Made by a program: the position numbers and the translations under genes. From contig OX597822.1 in assembly GCA_951406725.2 (NCBI GenBank), positions 3,782,001-3,846,000 on the forward strand: DNA of 64,000 nucleotides, given 5' to 3'. A model generated the notes under the pieces. It saw only the letters and a list, made by a program, of their open reading frames with translations, did no database searches and had not been told where the DNA came from. Source of the stretch: Octopus vulgaris. Taxonomy: Eukaryota. This document shows positions 25,711 to 39,689 of this stretch, in pieces; the stretch's first letter is position 1; the number at the start of each line of letters is the position of its first letter.

Positions 25711-26456
25711 ATATATATATGAAAGGATCACAAGAATGTTTCTTTCATCACATCAGTATTATTATATGACTTTACTAGAATTGTACGCAACTTCAACGAA
25801 TCTCTATTCGTTGTTTGTTTTTTTTCTTGCTATATTTACAAATGTTTGTTCTCTCTTCGGTATAAATATACTATAAATGATTTGAAGCCTTAAAACAGTC
25901 TTTTCATAACTTATTCTATCATACTTACACATACTCCAAAACACATATACACATACAAATATACATACACATACATACTTGATATGTGTGTATTTATGTG
26001 TAAATCCATACATGCATACATATATACATAATTTATGCATAAGCACGTATATATTTTCGGAGTATTTAAGTGTTTAGCAAGTGCTTTGTATTTGAGATCA
26101 TGAATGGAAACTAAAGACTTACAATATGCCGAGGTGAATTTAACCATTTATGAGCACAGAAAAATTGCCATTGTCAGTATTCATATTTTAATAGCAACAT
26201 TCTATTTTGAACTGACAAAAATTTCCATTGCGATTCTGTGACCTTGTAAAGGAAAAGAAAATGTCGTGAAACCGAGCGATTTTTTTTCGATATTTCACTG
26301 CCGAATCTTTTGTGAAAAATAATCGCCAAAGGAATCCAGCAGTTTTTTTTTTACTTTCTTTAAGTAGTTAAGAAAAATCACTCTTCCTTGATGTCATTGT
26401 GTGTGTGTATTTGTATATATATATATATATGTATGCATGTATATGTATGTATATGC

Positions 26457-26491
<35 letters not shown>

Positions 26492-26759
26492 TACGCATAT
26501 GTAGGTATATATGCACATGCATGCATATGTTCTGTTGTACATCATATGTATATACATATACATACATATCTACCTCTCTCCCCCTCTCCCTCTCTCTCTT
26601 TCTCTCTACATATATATGTGTGTGTGCATGTGCAGGTAGATAGATAGATAAATTGATAGATAGATAAATAGATAGATAGATAGATAGACACAGAATATAC
26701 ACATATATATCCATTATATGTTGATCCATACATACACACACACACACATACACACACAC

Positions 26760-26812
<53 letters not shown>

Positions 26813-26815
<3 letters not shown>

Positions 26816-27038
26816 TCTTTTACTCTTTTACTAGTTTTAGTCATTTGACTGCAGCCATGCTGGAGCATCGCCTTTAGTCGAGCAACTCGACCCCGGGACT
26901 TATTCTTTGTAAGCCCAGTACTTATTCTATCGGCCTCTTTTGCCGAACCACTTGGTGACGGTGACATAAACACACCAGCATGGAGAAAAGAAATGAAGAA
27001 GAGAAAGCAGAGAGGAAAAGACTAGGGGGACAAACACG

Positions 27039-27086
<48 letters not shown>

Positions 27087-27222
27087 GGACGGGCTTCTTT
27101 AAGTTTCCGTCTACCAAATCCACTCACAAGGCTTCGGTCGGCCCGAGGCTATAGTAGAAGACACTTGCCCAAGGTGCCACGCAGTGGGACTGAACCCGGA
27201 ACCACACAACCACTCCTGCGCC
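26813..27222 (-). mobile_element. tRNA/CORE-type SINE (family 2)
   Basis: Reverse complement of the copy at 62019. Contains ccttgggcaagtgtcttct and the (aaagagt)n tail. Confidence 0.88.
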
Positions 27223-27224
27223 TA

Positions 27225-27291
<67 letters not shown>

Positions 27292-27324
27292 GTATGTATG
27301 TATGTATATATGTATGTATGTATG

Positions 27325-27358
<34 letters not shown>

Positions 27359-27459
27359 TATGTATATATGAACATTTGTACATATTGGTTCATGCTTCTC
27401 CGTGTTTGATTTCGCGTTCGTGACTTCGAAGTGGTCGTATTTATTGCTTGTAATGGTGG

Positions 27460-27581
27460 TACTGATAGTACTTTTAGTGGTGTGTTGTATTGTTGGTATG
27501 TTAGCAGTAGTGGCAGTGCTTTTCGTGTCGATGGTATCGTTGGCAACAGTGGTGGTGGTGGTGGTGGAGATGTTGTTGTTG

Positions 27582-27613
<32 letters not shown>

Positions 27614-27745
27614 GGTGGTGGTGGTGGTGGTGGTGATACTGGTGCTGCCGGTGCTTGTGCTGGTGGTGCTGGTGCCGCTGCTGCTGCCACTAGTGGTGAC
27701 CGTTGTGTTGGCGGTGATGTTATCGGTTTTAGTGTGCCAGCCGTG
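27460..27745. repeat. (GGT)n/(GTT)n/(GCT)n trinucleotide region
   Basis: Directly visible. Confidence 0.85.
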
Positions 27746-29229
27746 ATGACTATATTCATACTCACATACATATTCGCTGTTTGCATCTGCTCGAATTTAA
27801 ACTTCCATATCTATTCATATTTGTAGAACTGTTTATTAATCTGCAGTCAACTGAAAACTTTGAAATCGTACCGAATGACAGTACAAATCGATCTATTCTT
27901 TCCGTTGTCCAATGTAGCGGTCTCTACTGAAAGCTAAACACGTCTCCCGCCTCCTCTACAACCACCATCAGCTCCACCATTCTCGTGACTATCAATGCCA
28001 CAATTATATGAATTGCCACTTCCTCTTCCCACTTCTCCTCATGAAATATCAAGCGGGGTAAATAGCGATAGCAACTCCACACTGTTTGTGTTGTTGAGTG
28101 TGATGGTTGGTTGCATTTGATGTTCTTTGATGTTGCTGGTAAGAAGGGTGATGTTTGGGTGTGTTCGGTACTACTTATAGTTTATATATTTGGAGCTGTA
28201 TTTCAAGTGGTTGGTATTTAGCAGGAGTAGCTATGTAGCAATATTAGAAAAATAGCAGAAGTTTGTAACAGTATGAGGTTTTCTGTATATGACGTCGTAT
28301 TTATATTTTGCTGGGTGTGAGGTGTTTTAAAGTTTGAGAGTAAAGATTTGTCCTTGCTGTTCTCCGTTTCAGGCATTGCTGAACCCAGAATCTAAATTTA
28401 AAAAGTAAGTAGGAAGAAGTTGGAAAGAGAAGGAAAGAAACGCTTACAATTCTGTTCCCGTTTTCAAATGTGAACGCACAGTATGTTACAGTAAGCCATG
28501 TGGTCCTCAATCGGGCTTGGACATATTTTATCTGGAACCCGCATCCAGTTGTTAACCAACAACTGATCGAATATCGCTGGCCAAATGTACGAGACTAAGA
28601 CAACACGCGTGGAAGAAAAAAAAATACAAAAGGAAAACAAAAACAGAGAAAAAAAGTTCAATAGTACTACTATGATTACCAATAACAAAACTTTACTTAC
28701 CATCACCAGCGCCACATTAAAATCCTCCTCCCCACCACATCAAACCAACAAAATAAACAGCACGAAATAACAAAGTAACACAGAAAATTACTCTTCTAAC
28801 ATCAAAGCGCAGAACGATAGCAATTATTTCCCCAGGGGAAGTATCATCATAACAAAAACCACCATTCCTACCACCAACACCACCACTGCTGGCCAGAGTA
28901 CTTGTACTTGATGACTTCATCTCTCTTATTTGTAGCGATGTGTGATACTAGAAATAGTACGAAAACACTCAAAGCTTTTATAAAGACCAACCCTTCCTTC
29001 AGGTTAAACACGAAACAGGCGGTAGGTCTGATTTATTACTGTAAGGGACTGGCAAGGGCAATATATATTTAACTAGTTTTCGGTGACATGCGGTGTTGAG
29101 GTTTAAAACTTTTTTCGTTTTTTTAGAAAAGGGAGGAAATACTGTACCTGAATCGCGAAGTATGGGCCTCCAGCAATAATTTTTCGAGTCTAGTTCAAAA
29201 AGTTTAGATGCTACCAGGTTCATCAAGCA

Positions 29230-29672
29230 ATGGTTTCAATTTTTTGGCACAAGGTCAGCAATTTCGGGGGAAGGGATAAGTAGATTACAACGACCCAGTG
29301 TTCAACTGGTACTTCTTTTATCGACCCCGAAAGGATGAAAGGCAAAGTCGACCCCGGCGGTATTTGAACCCAAAACGTCAAGACAGATGAAATTCTTCTA
29401 AGCAATTTGCCCAGCGTGTTAACTATTCATCCCGCTCACCGTCAGATTCAACAAGTAATCCTTTCTACTATAGGCACAGGGCCTGGAATTTGTGGGGAGG
29501 AGTAGAGTCGATTACATCGACCGCAGTGCTCAACTGGTACTTATTTTATCGACCCCGAAATGATGAATGGCAAAGTCGATCCTGAGGCATTTGAATCCAA
29601 AATGTAAAAATGGACAAAATACCGCTAAATCTTTTTACCTGGCGTGCTAATCATTCGGCTAGCTCGCTGCCA
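29230..29672 (-). mobile_element. Two adjacent SINE family 1 copies
   Basis: Two actggtactt..ttatcgaccccgaaa.gatgaa.ggcaaagtcga units. Confidence 0.85.
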
Positions 29673-30079
29673 GGTTCAACAAATAGTGATAACGCTTTTG
29701 CGAAGTGTGTCTATGGGTTTAAAGTACCAAGACGTTGAAAACAAATCCTGGAACTTCAACAGTATCGACACCAGGAGCAACTACAACAGTAACCCGACCG
29801 ATACTACCATCAATGAAAAGAATGTAATATTCCTCATATATCTATTTATATATTCTTCTGTTTAAGTCTGTGAGAAAAGTCTTTGCATGAGCAACAAAAT
29901 GAGCCTTTACCGAAACAAAGTGACCAATCGCGTAGCGGTAGACGAACTGTGTTTATCGTACAGATGCCGAAGCGCAATAGAGAGTGATGTCATACCAGTC
30001 AGCCGCGTGATCTTGTATCGAATGCAACTAACTCTTTCCCAGATGAAAAAGAAGCGTTGAATTGTGGAACTCACATGAG

Positions 30080-30292
30080 ATTTAGAAAGGATTAGATATA
30101 ACTTAGAAATGGCTAGATATAATTTAGAAAGGGCTAGATATAAATTAGAAAGGGCTGGATATAATTTAGAAAGGGCTAGATATAATTTAGAAAGGGTTAG
30201 ATATAATTTAGAAAGAGCTAGATATAATTTAGAAAGAGCTAGATATAATTTAGAAAGGGCTAGATATAATTTAGAAAAGGCTCCATATAATT
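30080..30292. repeat. 21-bp minisatellite, about 10 copies (tttagaaagggctagatataa)
   Basis: Directly visible. It gives the spurious (LERARYN)n ORF. Confidence 0.92.
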
Positions 30293-30731
30293 AGTATTTG
30301 CTGGAAGGAGTTTCATTTCAGAAAATTTATTCGTTTATTTTGGTAATCATGCGTTTTATGCTAAATTATCCATAATAAATTGATCGCAAATAATTATATT
30401 TACAAAGAAATGAATATTATGTATTTTGCATTTGTATTTGTCTCTCTGGTGACTTGATCTGAGACCTTGTATTTAAACTGAAGCTATTGCGTGATGGAAA
30501 TGACATTTCAATAACTCAGAAACCTGTTGAATTCACATTAGATTTATTTCATGAGGTGTCAAAATGTTCGTTGAACAACAGGAGCCGGGACACTAAAAAC
30601 TGTTCCAATGTAAAACTTGTCGCAGTGAAAATCTTGACACCTCATAAAATATATTATTGAAATTTAAAGTGAATTTAACAGTTTTGTGTGTTAATAAATG
30701 ACTCCTCCAGGATGTAGCTGATGAAAATTAC

Positions 30732-30812
<81 letters not shown>

Positions 30813-30859
30813 CAGATAGATAGATAGGTAGATAGATAGATATAGATAGATAGATATAA

Positions 30860-30921
<62 letters not shown>
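30732..30921. repeat. (GATA)n microsatellite
   Basis: Directly visible. Another lies at 34852-34932. Confidence 0.95.
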
Positions 30922-30922
<1 letters not shown>

Positions 30923-30977
30923 TCCTCCATCTAATATCGAAGTCTCATTCTTTTGTTGTTACTTTATTATTATTATT

Positions 30978-32375
30978 ATTTTTTCCTTCTTTCTTCAAAT
31001 TTTCTTTCGTTCCTCGCCGAGTGTTTTCCATACACCTAGGGCAGAGAAGCTCATTGTATGCATTCGCAGATTACACACGCAAATTCACAGATAAAATATG
31101 TACTTAAAAATTAATAAATAAATAAATTCATTGATGGATGTTGTTTTCACAGCGATAATGCTCTTCTCAGTACTTGAGCCGTTCCAGTTAATACGATTTT
31201 TAGCACTTCCTGTAGAGATGGTACGCCTGGAATCATTTTCAAATAGGTTTCAGTGCCTTTTTTTTATCATTCCTAGATATCCTACAATCACTGGTACTGT
31301 AGTCGCCTTGAGATGCCACATTTTTTTCAATTTCTATTAGCAGGTCTTTATATTTACTAATCTTGTCAAATTCTTTCGCCGCTATATTGTGATCGCAAGG
31401 GATACTCATGTCAATTAGTAAACACATCTTTTTTGTGAGATCTTTTATGATAATATCCGGTTTATTAGCTTTTATAGTCTTGTCAGTCTGTACGGGGAAG
31501 TCCCAACGAATCGACACATTTTCTCCCTCAGTCACAGCTTCAGGATGGTGTTTATACCATGTCAGCGGTTTTGATTTTATGATGCTGACGTATTGTCCAA
31601 TGTAAATACTGGCCGACTCTGTCATGTCTTGCTTTATATTCTGCAGGTGCTAAGACTTTACACTCTGAGATTAGGTGGTCTATTGTTTCAATCTCATTGT
31701 AAGAGAATCGGCATTTTGGGTCAGCTCCATTTTTTTATCACATTGGCTTGGTAGTTCCGGGTTAATAAACTTTGGTCTTGAGCAGCTAATATGAAACCTT
31801 CACTCTCGGCTTTTAGCCCTGAGCTTCGTAACCGTTGGTGCGTGTGCTTCTGGTCGACATCAGCTTGTTTGCTACGGGCCACATACTTGCCATGGAGAGG
31901 TTTCTGTTCCCATCTGCTAACTAATTTTTCATGTGCTTTTGTCTTTGCAATTAATTTTATCTTCTTTGTAGCTGCAGTTGACGCATTTCCTTCAGCCTGA
32001 TCAATCTGGTGGATATCTAAGAGATCAGCAGCGAATTTTTGCTCTCTTTGAGAATAGAGTGAAGTTTTTTCGGTCTTTCATGTTTTTCAACAAGTTTTAG
32101 CATCCAATCGCTGGTTGCTTCCAGGTATTTGGCCAGTCCGATTGTGGTGGTTTTGTATGTAAGTTCAAGCCGGATCAAACCTCGACATACCTGAGCTCTG
32201 GGAAGGTAAAGGCGATCCACGTCTGCCTTTGGATGGTGCATCTTCTTACAAGTCAGTAGCTTGCGGATGTTTCTGTCAATTTTCATTATTTCACTGGTGT
32301 TCCAGTTAAGCACATTGAAGCTATAAAGAACAACTGGTACTGCTAAGGAATTTATGACTAACACCTTATTATATG
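30978..32375 (-). mobile_element. Dong/R4 family B-related copy, 5'-truncated and decayed
   Basis: Minus-strand fragments INSLAVPVVLYSF...MHHPKADVDRLYL and WYKHHPEAVTEGENV.I.WDFPV.TD.TIKANKPDII. Flanked by (TTA)n on both sides. Confidence 0.9.
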
Positions 32376-32415
32376 CATTATTATAATAATAACATCTTAA
32401 CTGCATATAATAAGG

Positions 32416-32460
<45 letters not shown>

Positions 32461-32461
<1 letters not shown>

Positions 32462-32625
32462 GAGTGAGAGAGCAGTTCATGCCATCAAAGTAACACTGGG
32501 GTAAAATATACGAAGCCCAATATACCCATCATGACTATCCGTCTGATAAAGGTACACCAGGCACATGCATCACAACCATATGTGCGCGACATGGTGATCT
32601 CATATCAAGATAAACAGCACATGAC
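32461..32625 (-). mobile_element. (TAA)n-tailed repeat 3' end (type D, probably a Dong 3' UTR)
   Basis: Reverse complement of the ends and an internal part of 38625-38830. Abuts (TTA)n. Confidence 0.7.
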
Positions 32626-33335
32626 CTTGCAGGTGGGGCCCAGTTAGAATTTTCTTCAGGTTGAGCAATATATTCACATATAAAAAAATGTATTTACATT
32701 AATATTGGTTTCGAAATCTTGGTGCAAAGCTAGTATTTTCGGGGAGAATGTATTTCTGTCTCATTGACACCAGTGCTCAATTGGTACTTCACTTATCGAA
32801 CTGAACAGATGAAAGGCAGAGTGAACCTCGTTGAAATTTGTATTCACACCGTAAAGACGGACGATATCTCCCTAAGTGCTTTGTCCGGCGTGCCAAAATA
32901 TAACTTGTTTTATTTCTCTTTCGGTTTATGTCTCTGACTTCGTTACATAGTTACGTTCCTTTAAAGTGTTGGTCTTGAATTTGCCTTGTTTTTTTTTCTT
33001 TTCTTTTTGACTCTCGGAGAGGTTATGACGGAGTTTGCCATATTTCGTATATTTCATTCCATGTTTATTATATCGAACTCAAGGCGATGAATGACAAATG
33101 TTTTATGATGGAGTTTGAACAAAAGCACAAATATATATTATCAATATCACATACTTAATGTACGGTATGTTGTTAACCTCTACAAGGTTGCAGTATTTCG
33201 TCCAAAGGAAATCACGTTTAGTTATTAAAAAGACACATCATATATCAAAGCTACCCGTAAGGAAATCTTCCCGGAAGTGAACGAGTAAGACAGATAGCGG
33301 TATTTCGCGTTTTCTACGCTCATAAATGTCCTTCT

Positions 33336-33372
<37 letters not shown>

Positions 33373-33579
33373 ACGAAAGCCGTACATGCTCCTTTATCGT
33401 TCCAGCCATAGATGTCGTTTGTTTGATATCCATAATATTATTCCGTTTGTTTCAATGTCCGTGTGATAGTCTGTTAAGCTAAGGAAACATTGGGCGCTCA
33501 TCTCCTAAGTGTTATATTCTTAAAAACCAAATGGCTAGAGCGTCACACGAACATCATTTCGATATTAGGTCTGTTCAGA

Positions 33580-34010
33580 ACGGCAAGCTGGCAGACTAAT
33601 TTGCACGCCAGGCAAAATCCTCAGCGGCATTTCGTTGGTCTTTACGTTCTGAGTTCAAATTCCGCCGAGATCGACTTTGCGTTTCATTCTTTCTGGGTCG
33701 ATAAAATAAGTACCGGTTGAGTACTGTGGTCGATGTAATTGGCTTATCATCTCCCCTGAAATTGCTGGCCGTGAGCCAATATCTGAATCCAACATATATA
33801 GCTGCATTAACGTGGTGAGCTAGTAGAAAGGTCAGCACGCGGGGTGAAATGATTAGCAACATTTTGTCTGCCTTTACGTTCTGAGATCAAATTCTGCTGA
33901 GGTCGACTGTGTTTTTCATCATTTCGGTGTCAATAAATTAAGTACCATTTGAGTACTGAGGTCATTGTAGTCGACTTACACTCTCCGTAGAAATTTCTGG
34001 CCATGTGACA
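33580..34010 (+). mobile_element. Two adjacent SINE family 1 copies
   Basis: Two ttacgttctgag.tcaaatt..gc.gag.tcgact units. Confidence 0.8.
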
Positions 34011-34397
34011 CATTAGATAAGGTAATCGCACATATCTGTAAAATAAAAATCAGTCACATGATCGTCAGATTTGAAATGTGTTACCTTATAATGATACTCG
34101 ATCAGTATTGGCCGTGGGTTGTTAAAATGAAGCCAAAAAAAGAACGACAGTATCAGTCAGTATACAAATAAAACGGCAATCGTCCTACATTATCAAATGG
34201 CACTTTCAAACGAGATGGTGCACCTATGTCGTCAACAAGACTGAGCCTAACCCACATATCATCAAACAATTTTCACCGCCTGCTTTGAAATCTGACGCCG
34301 TGTCACCCCAACCCACGCTCATTCTTATTCTTTTATTCCATCGCTACTCCTTTTCTCTTATTCTCCCTCTCCCAAACACAGACTTCCTCTCTTTCCC

Positions 34398-34441
<44 letters not shown>

Positions 34442-34852
34442 AGAATCTGTTATTGACATTCGAGCAACTGCATTTGAGCTGTTGGAATCTTAGTTTGATC
34501 TTCGCAAACCGGTGTCATATAACAATCTCGTTCTTTTAAACGGCCTAGTAGATGTGTATTTGGGTTTTTAGACGCGCATTAGACACGCAAGCACGCAGAA
34601 TTAAATGCACATACAAGCACAGGCAATCACACAAGCCCAAACGAGCGAGGACACACATATGGGTGGGGGGCGCACACACACGCACGCCGCGCGCATACAG
34701 TTTACATGAACCACGCAGAAATACGTGTATGCATTAATGTTTCACTGTGTGACTATGTGTGTATGTATGTATGTGTGTGTGTGTGTGTGTAATTGATAAC
34801 GCACTAAACTCCCGGCCCTTGAGTCACTCTGTTGCTGCTACTAAATATTAAT

Positions 34853-34932
<80 letters not shown>

Positions 34933-35453
34933 TTAAAATAGTATGAATATGCTCCACGATACAGCATTATAAAACTACACAAATTTGCATAGCATTATTG
35001 TGACGTAAACTGTGCAACATCGAGTATGTTGTAACCAAGTCACTGTTGTACATCAGAAAGATACACTGTCTTGCGTATTACAACATAAAATACAATACGA
35101 GGCTGCGCTTCTATGAAGAAGCTGAGCGTATCAAAATGTTAGTCATTAACAGTTATTACTACTGATTAATTTGTAATTACTCTTTCCACTTGTTTATTTA
35201 GTTTTCGTAAGTGCGTTTAATCCGTTTATTGAAAAACGTCACCTGGTTTCATTTCCACGAATTTTAAAATAACACAAGTTAATGTAAATGATGGAGACGA
35301 ACTTAGAGTTTTCTCGACTCTACTGATAACTCTTTAGAAGATTATTAAAGCTTACCGCGATTGTCTAAAGCAGAGCCGACTTAAAGCAATGACACATTAG
35401 CCAGTAGCCCAGAAGTTTCATGGATCTTGAGGCCAAATTCTGGTCTATGTATA

Positions 35454-35684
35454 TATTCCTTTACTGCCCACAAGGGGCTAACCATAGAGGGGACAAACAA
35501 GGACAGATAAACGGATTAAGTCGATTACATCGACCCCAGTGCAAAACTGGTACTTTATTTATCGACTCCGAAAGGATGAAAGACAAAGTCGACCTCGGCG
35601 GAATTTGAACTCAGAACGTAGCGACAGACGAAATACCGCTAAGCATTTCGCCCGGCGCGCTAACGTTCCTGCCAGCTCGCCGCC
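35454..35684 (-). mobile_element. SINE family 1, full length, with ~16-bp target-site duplication
   Basis: Flanks are ttctggtctatgtata (35438-35453) and ttctggtctaggtata (35688-35703). Confidence 0.92.
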
Positions 35685-35717
35685 TTTTTCTGGTCTAGGT
35701 ATACTATGATATGCTGA

Positions 35718-36120
35718 GGTGCAGGAGTGGCTGTGTGGTAAGTAACTTGCTTACCAACCACATAGTTCCGGGTTCAGACTCACTGCGTGTCACCTTGGGC
35801 AAGTGTGTTCTACTATAGCCTCGGGCCGACCAAAGCCTTGTGAGTGGATTTGGTAGATGGAAACTGAAAGAAGCCCGTCGTATATATGTATATATATATA
35901 TGTGTGTGTGTCTATATGTTTGTGTGTCTGTGTTTGTCCCCCAATATCGCTTGACAACCGATGCTGGTGCGTTTACGTCCCTGTGACTTAGCGGTTCGGC
36001 ATAAGAGGCCGATCGAATAAGCACTAGGCTTACAAAGAACAAGTCCTGGGGGTCGATTTGCTCGACTAAAGGCGGTGCTCCAGCATGGCCACAGTCAAAT
36101 GACTGAAACAAGTAAAAGAG
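35718..36120 (+). mobile_element. SINE family 2 (tRNA/CORE-type), full length
   Basis: ggtgcaggagtggctgtgtggtaag...gggttcag...ccttgggcaagtg..., an internal (TA)/(TG) tract, and tail gactgaaacaagtaaaagag. Confidence 0.9.
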
Positions 36121-37044
36121 TAATAAACAAAATCAATAAATCAATACAAGAGGATCCAGCGCCTCGATTGGCCCGGGGCTTTTCATGCTCTTAAGACGGC
36201 TTTGGTCTATGACATCATCAGTCAGATGATTCACTGATATGTATGGGTACGTGTGTGATATGCATTGATATTTTCTACTATTTTAGAATGTATAACTGTG
36301 CCTATTCTTACGTGTGTGTCTCCTGTCAATGTCGTTACTGTCATGGGAAAACGTTTGAAATAGTTATAGTAATATAACGAAATACAGAGCATCGCGTATG
36401 TAACAAGGCATGAGTAGAATATATGAACGATAAATGTGTTTGTGTGTGTATGTATGTGTATTTGTGTGTGTGTGTGTGTGCATGTGTATGTGCTTGTAAG
36501 TGTGTGATGATTGCCTTATTTGTCAGCTGAATTGTTCTGATTCACTTTCAAACCTCGAGATACGCGGATATGACTTTAACTCAGTAGCTCTCGGCCGGGA
36601 TCCATATGGCCCTTGGAGGTGCATATAAGATTGTCTTGCTAAAATTTATTTGCAATAGATTGTATATACTTTTACAAAGCACAAACTATTTTTATATTCT
36701 TTTTAATAGTTCCTTATACTTAGTTATAAAAATATGTGATTTTTTAAACATCGATTACCTATGAGGATACATCTGCATAAAATAGGAATCAAAGACGTCC
36801 ATAGGTACAAAATGGTCGAGAAAAGCAACGAATCCACAGTCGTTGGACATTATAAAATACAAAACGTATCACTCAGTCGGTTGTCATTGTGGGTTCCAGT
36901 GACAAACATTGTAATGTATCTGCTACTATTTTGACTGCAAATTTTATGGCGAGGAGCTGCCAACGCTGCGGATTTGTTGAAAAATAACGAGAAACTTCTC
37001 TACCTTTGGTAAATCTATTTAACCCACTGAAGGAACGCCGTTCT

Positions 37045-37285
37045 TGAGTCGTGCCGACTCATAAGGGCCGGTTTCCCGCTTTCCATGGCGTATACTTTCT
37101 ACACCTGGACGAGACGCCCGGCAGTCGCAGGATTACTCATTTTTCCAGCTGAGTAGACTGGAGCAATGTGGAATGAAGTGTTTTGCTCAAGAGCACAACA
37201 CATCACCCGGCCCAGGAATCGAAACTACAATCATACACTCATGACTAAGCCACGCGCCTCTAACCACTAAGCCAAGCGCCTCCGC
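37045..37285 (-). mobile_element. SINE family 3 (tRNA head with V-domain-like body)
   Basis: Minus strand reads ggaggcgcttggcttagtggttagag...gtttcgattcctggg...cctgcgactgccgggcgtctcgtccagg. Confidence 0.75.
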
Positions 37286-37404
37286 AAAATGGAACTGCGA
37301 GTTACGGTAATTAAGTGTAACGCCAGTCTCCCCACAACTCCGGAACTCCTGAACTGTCACCTCAATATCATACCCAGGATACGCACATACACACACAAGC
37401 CTAC

Positions 37405-37454
<50 letters not shown>

Positions 37455-37993
37455 GTATGTATGTAGTATACATACACACACACTCACATATACATACATA
37501 CATGCATGCATGCAAACATATATATACCTATATAAATATATGTATATATGTAACTATACATACACAAGCACACACACATACACATACAAATACATGCAAA
37601 GTGTTTTATCTTACAATTTAGCAGCCACTCAGTAACAGGAATTTCTTTTCAAACTCTACCAATGGAAACGACTAAATATTCCCAGAACTGATCATTAGTG
37701 ATAATGTAATAATTTAAAAACAATAATTTCTAATTGACATTCCCAAACTGGGACGCCAGAAGTAGCACGTGCGCGCTGACGTGAAGAACACATAACGCGT
37801 CAAAGTCATAAGTAAGCCATTCTTTCAACTTTTGGCACAAGGCCTGAAATATTAAGAGGAGATGGCTAATCGATTACACCCGCTCCAGTACATAACTTGT
37901 ACTTATCTTATCGATCCGTGATAGGATGAAAGGCAAAGTTTACCCCAGTGGAATATGACCTCAGAATCTAAAGCCGGAGGAACGTTAACCTGA

Positions 37994-37995
37994 TA

Positions 37996-38063
<68 letters not shown>

Positions 38064-38065
38064 TG

Positions 38066-38097
<32 letters not shown>

Positions 38098-38175
38098 CAC
38101 AGCACATACCCAAGGCACACAGAGCTGTGCTCGGTAGTGAAGTGAAAGCACGCTATAAAAATAAAAATAAAACTA

Positions 38176-38253
<78 letters not shown>

Positions 38254-38850
38254 CGTAATAATAACAATAATAATATCCCTGATGCTGTACCAGGCAGTGG
38301 TTCTCGTGACTTCTGATCTTAACTGATTGAAAGTGTTATCATGTACATTGCTTTGTCTTGGTATAAAAGATGGTCTACAGCAAATATTCTGCTTAATACC
38401 ACAGATTTGCTTGTCAGTTGTTTGACATTAAACAGTTGAGCATGTCTCTTTGTGGCTGACGATATGTGCATCTCTGATCACGAGCAGAAGCAGTGGGGGA
38501 GCATCATAACCGTGTGTTGAGAGGGATTCTTTGGGGTTTGAATAATTCACCTTTGGAAACACGGGTGTTTCATTCAACATCCTTAAACAACCCTTATTCA
38601 GGGACCTTTTGAGTGGGATGGGCTACTCGACCAGAAGTAAATTCTAACTGGGCCCCACCTGCAAGGTCATGCGCTGTTAATCTTGATATGAGATCACCAT
38701 GTCACGCACATATGGTTTTGATGCATGTGCCTGGTGTACCCTTATCAGACGGGTGGTCATGATGGGTTTACTGGGCTTCGTATATTTTACTCCAGTGTCA
38801 CTTTGATGGCATGCACAGCTCTCTCACTCAATAACAATAATATAAAACAA
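37994..38850 (+). mobile_element. (TAA)n array interrupted by two non-coding 3'-end modules (38098-38180 and 38277-38830)
   Basis: Unique segments are embedded between (TAA)n runs. The second is homologous to 32461-32625. Confidence 0.65.
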
Positions 38851-39649
38851 TAATATAAAATAAAATACACCTTTCTCTATCCAACTGCCACCGCCACCTC
38901 CAACACCTCCATCACCACCACCACCACCACCACCATCATCATCCCTCTCGTCTCTCTCTCTCCCTCCTCTCTCTCTTTCTCACTACCTCTCTTTCTCCTC
39001 TCTCTGCCTTTCTTTAACATTACTATTAGAACATCACCCCTCTGCTAAAATTATATCTTAAACTCTCCCTCTCTATATTATCCCTACCTTCAACTGAACA
39101 TTTTTTAGAACATTATAAAAACTATGTTTCCTCTACCTCAAGTCATGGACGCTTCTCACTCCCTCTTTTTCTCTCTCCGTCTTTTTCCTCTCCCTCTTTC
39201 TGTCTCACTCTTCGCATTATCTTCTTTTCCTCTCTCCTTTTCTCTTCCTTTTGTGTTTCCCTTCAATTAATCACGTGAAAGCGTTCCAATTACATCCCCC
39301 CCTCTACCTCATTACATGGATGCTTCTCTTTCCTTTTTTCTATTTTCCTCTTTTCGTTTTCCTTCTTTTTCTCTAATCACGAGAAAGCGTTACCGACAAG
39401 CTAAGTAATAGAATGACAAGCAGAATTGTTATAAGATAATAATAACAACGGTTTCACATTTTGGCACAAAGCCAGCGATTTTGGGGAGGGCAAAAATCAA
39501 ATACATGCACCCCAGTGTTCAACTGGTACTTATATTATCAGCCCCAAAAGGACCAAAAGCAAAGTCGACCTCGGCAGAATTTGAACTCAGAATATAATGA
39601 CGGATGAAATGCCGCCAACGATTCTGTCAGCTCACAGTCATAATGATGG

Positions 39650-39687
<38 letters not shown>

Positions 39688-39689
39688 CA

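Noticed and set aside
27124-27826. Pro-, Gly- or Val-rich ORFs
   Set aside because: They are translations of (GGT)n/(GTT)n and (TA)n tracts plus SINE sequence.
30109-30294. (LERARYN)n ORF as a heptad-repeat protein
   Set aside because: It is the translation of a 21-bp AT-rich minisatellite, with no flanking coding sequence or splice evidence.
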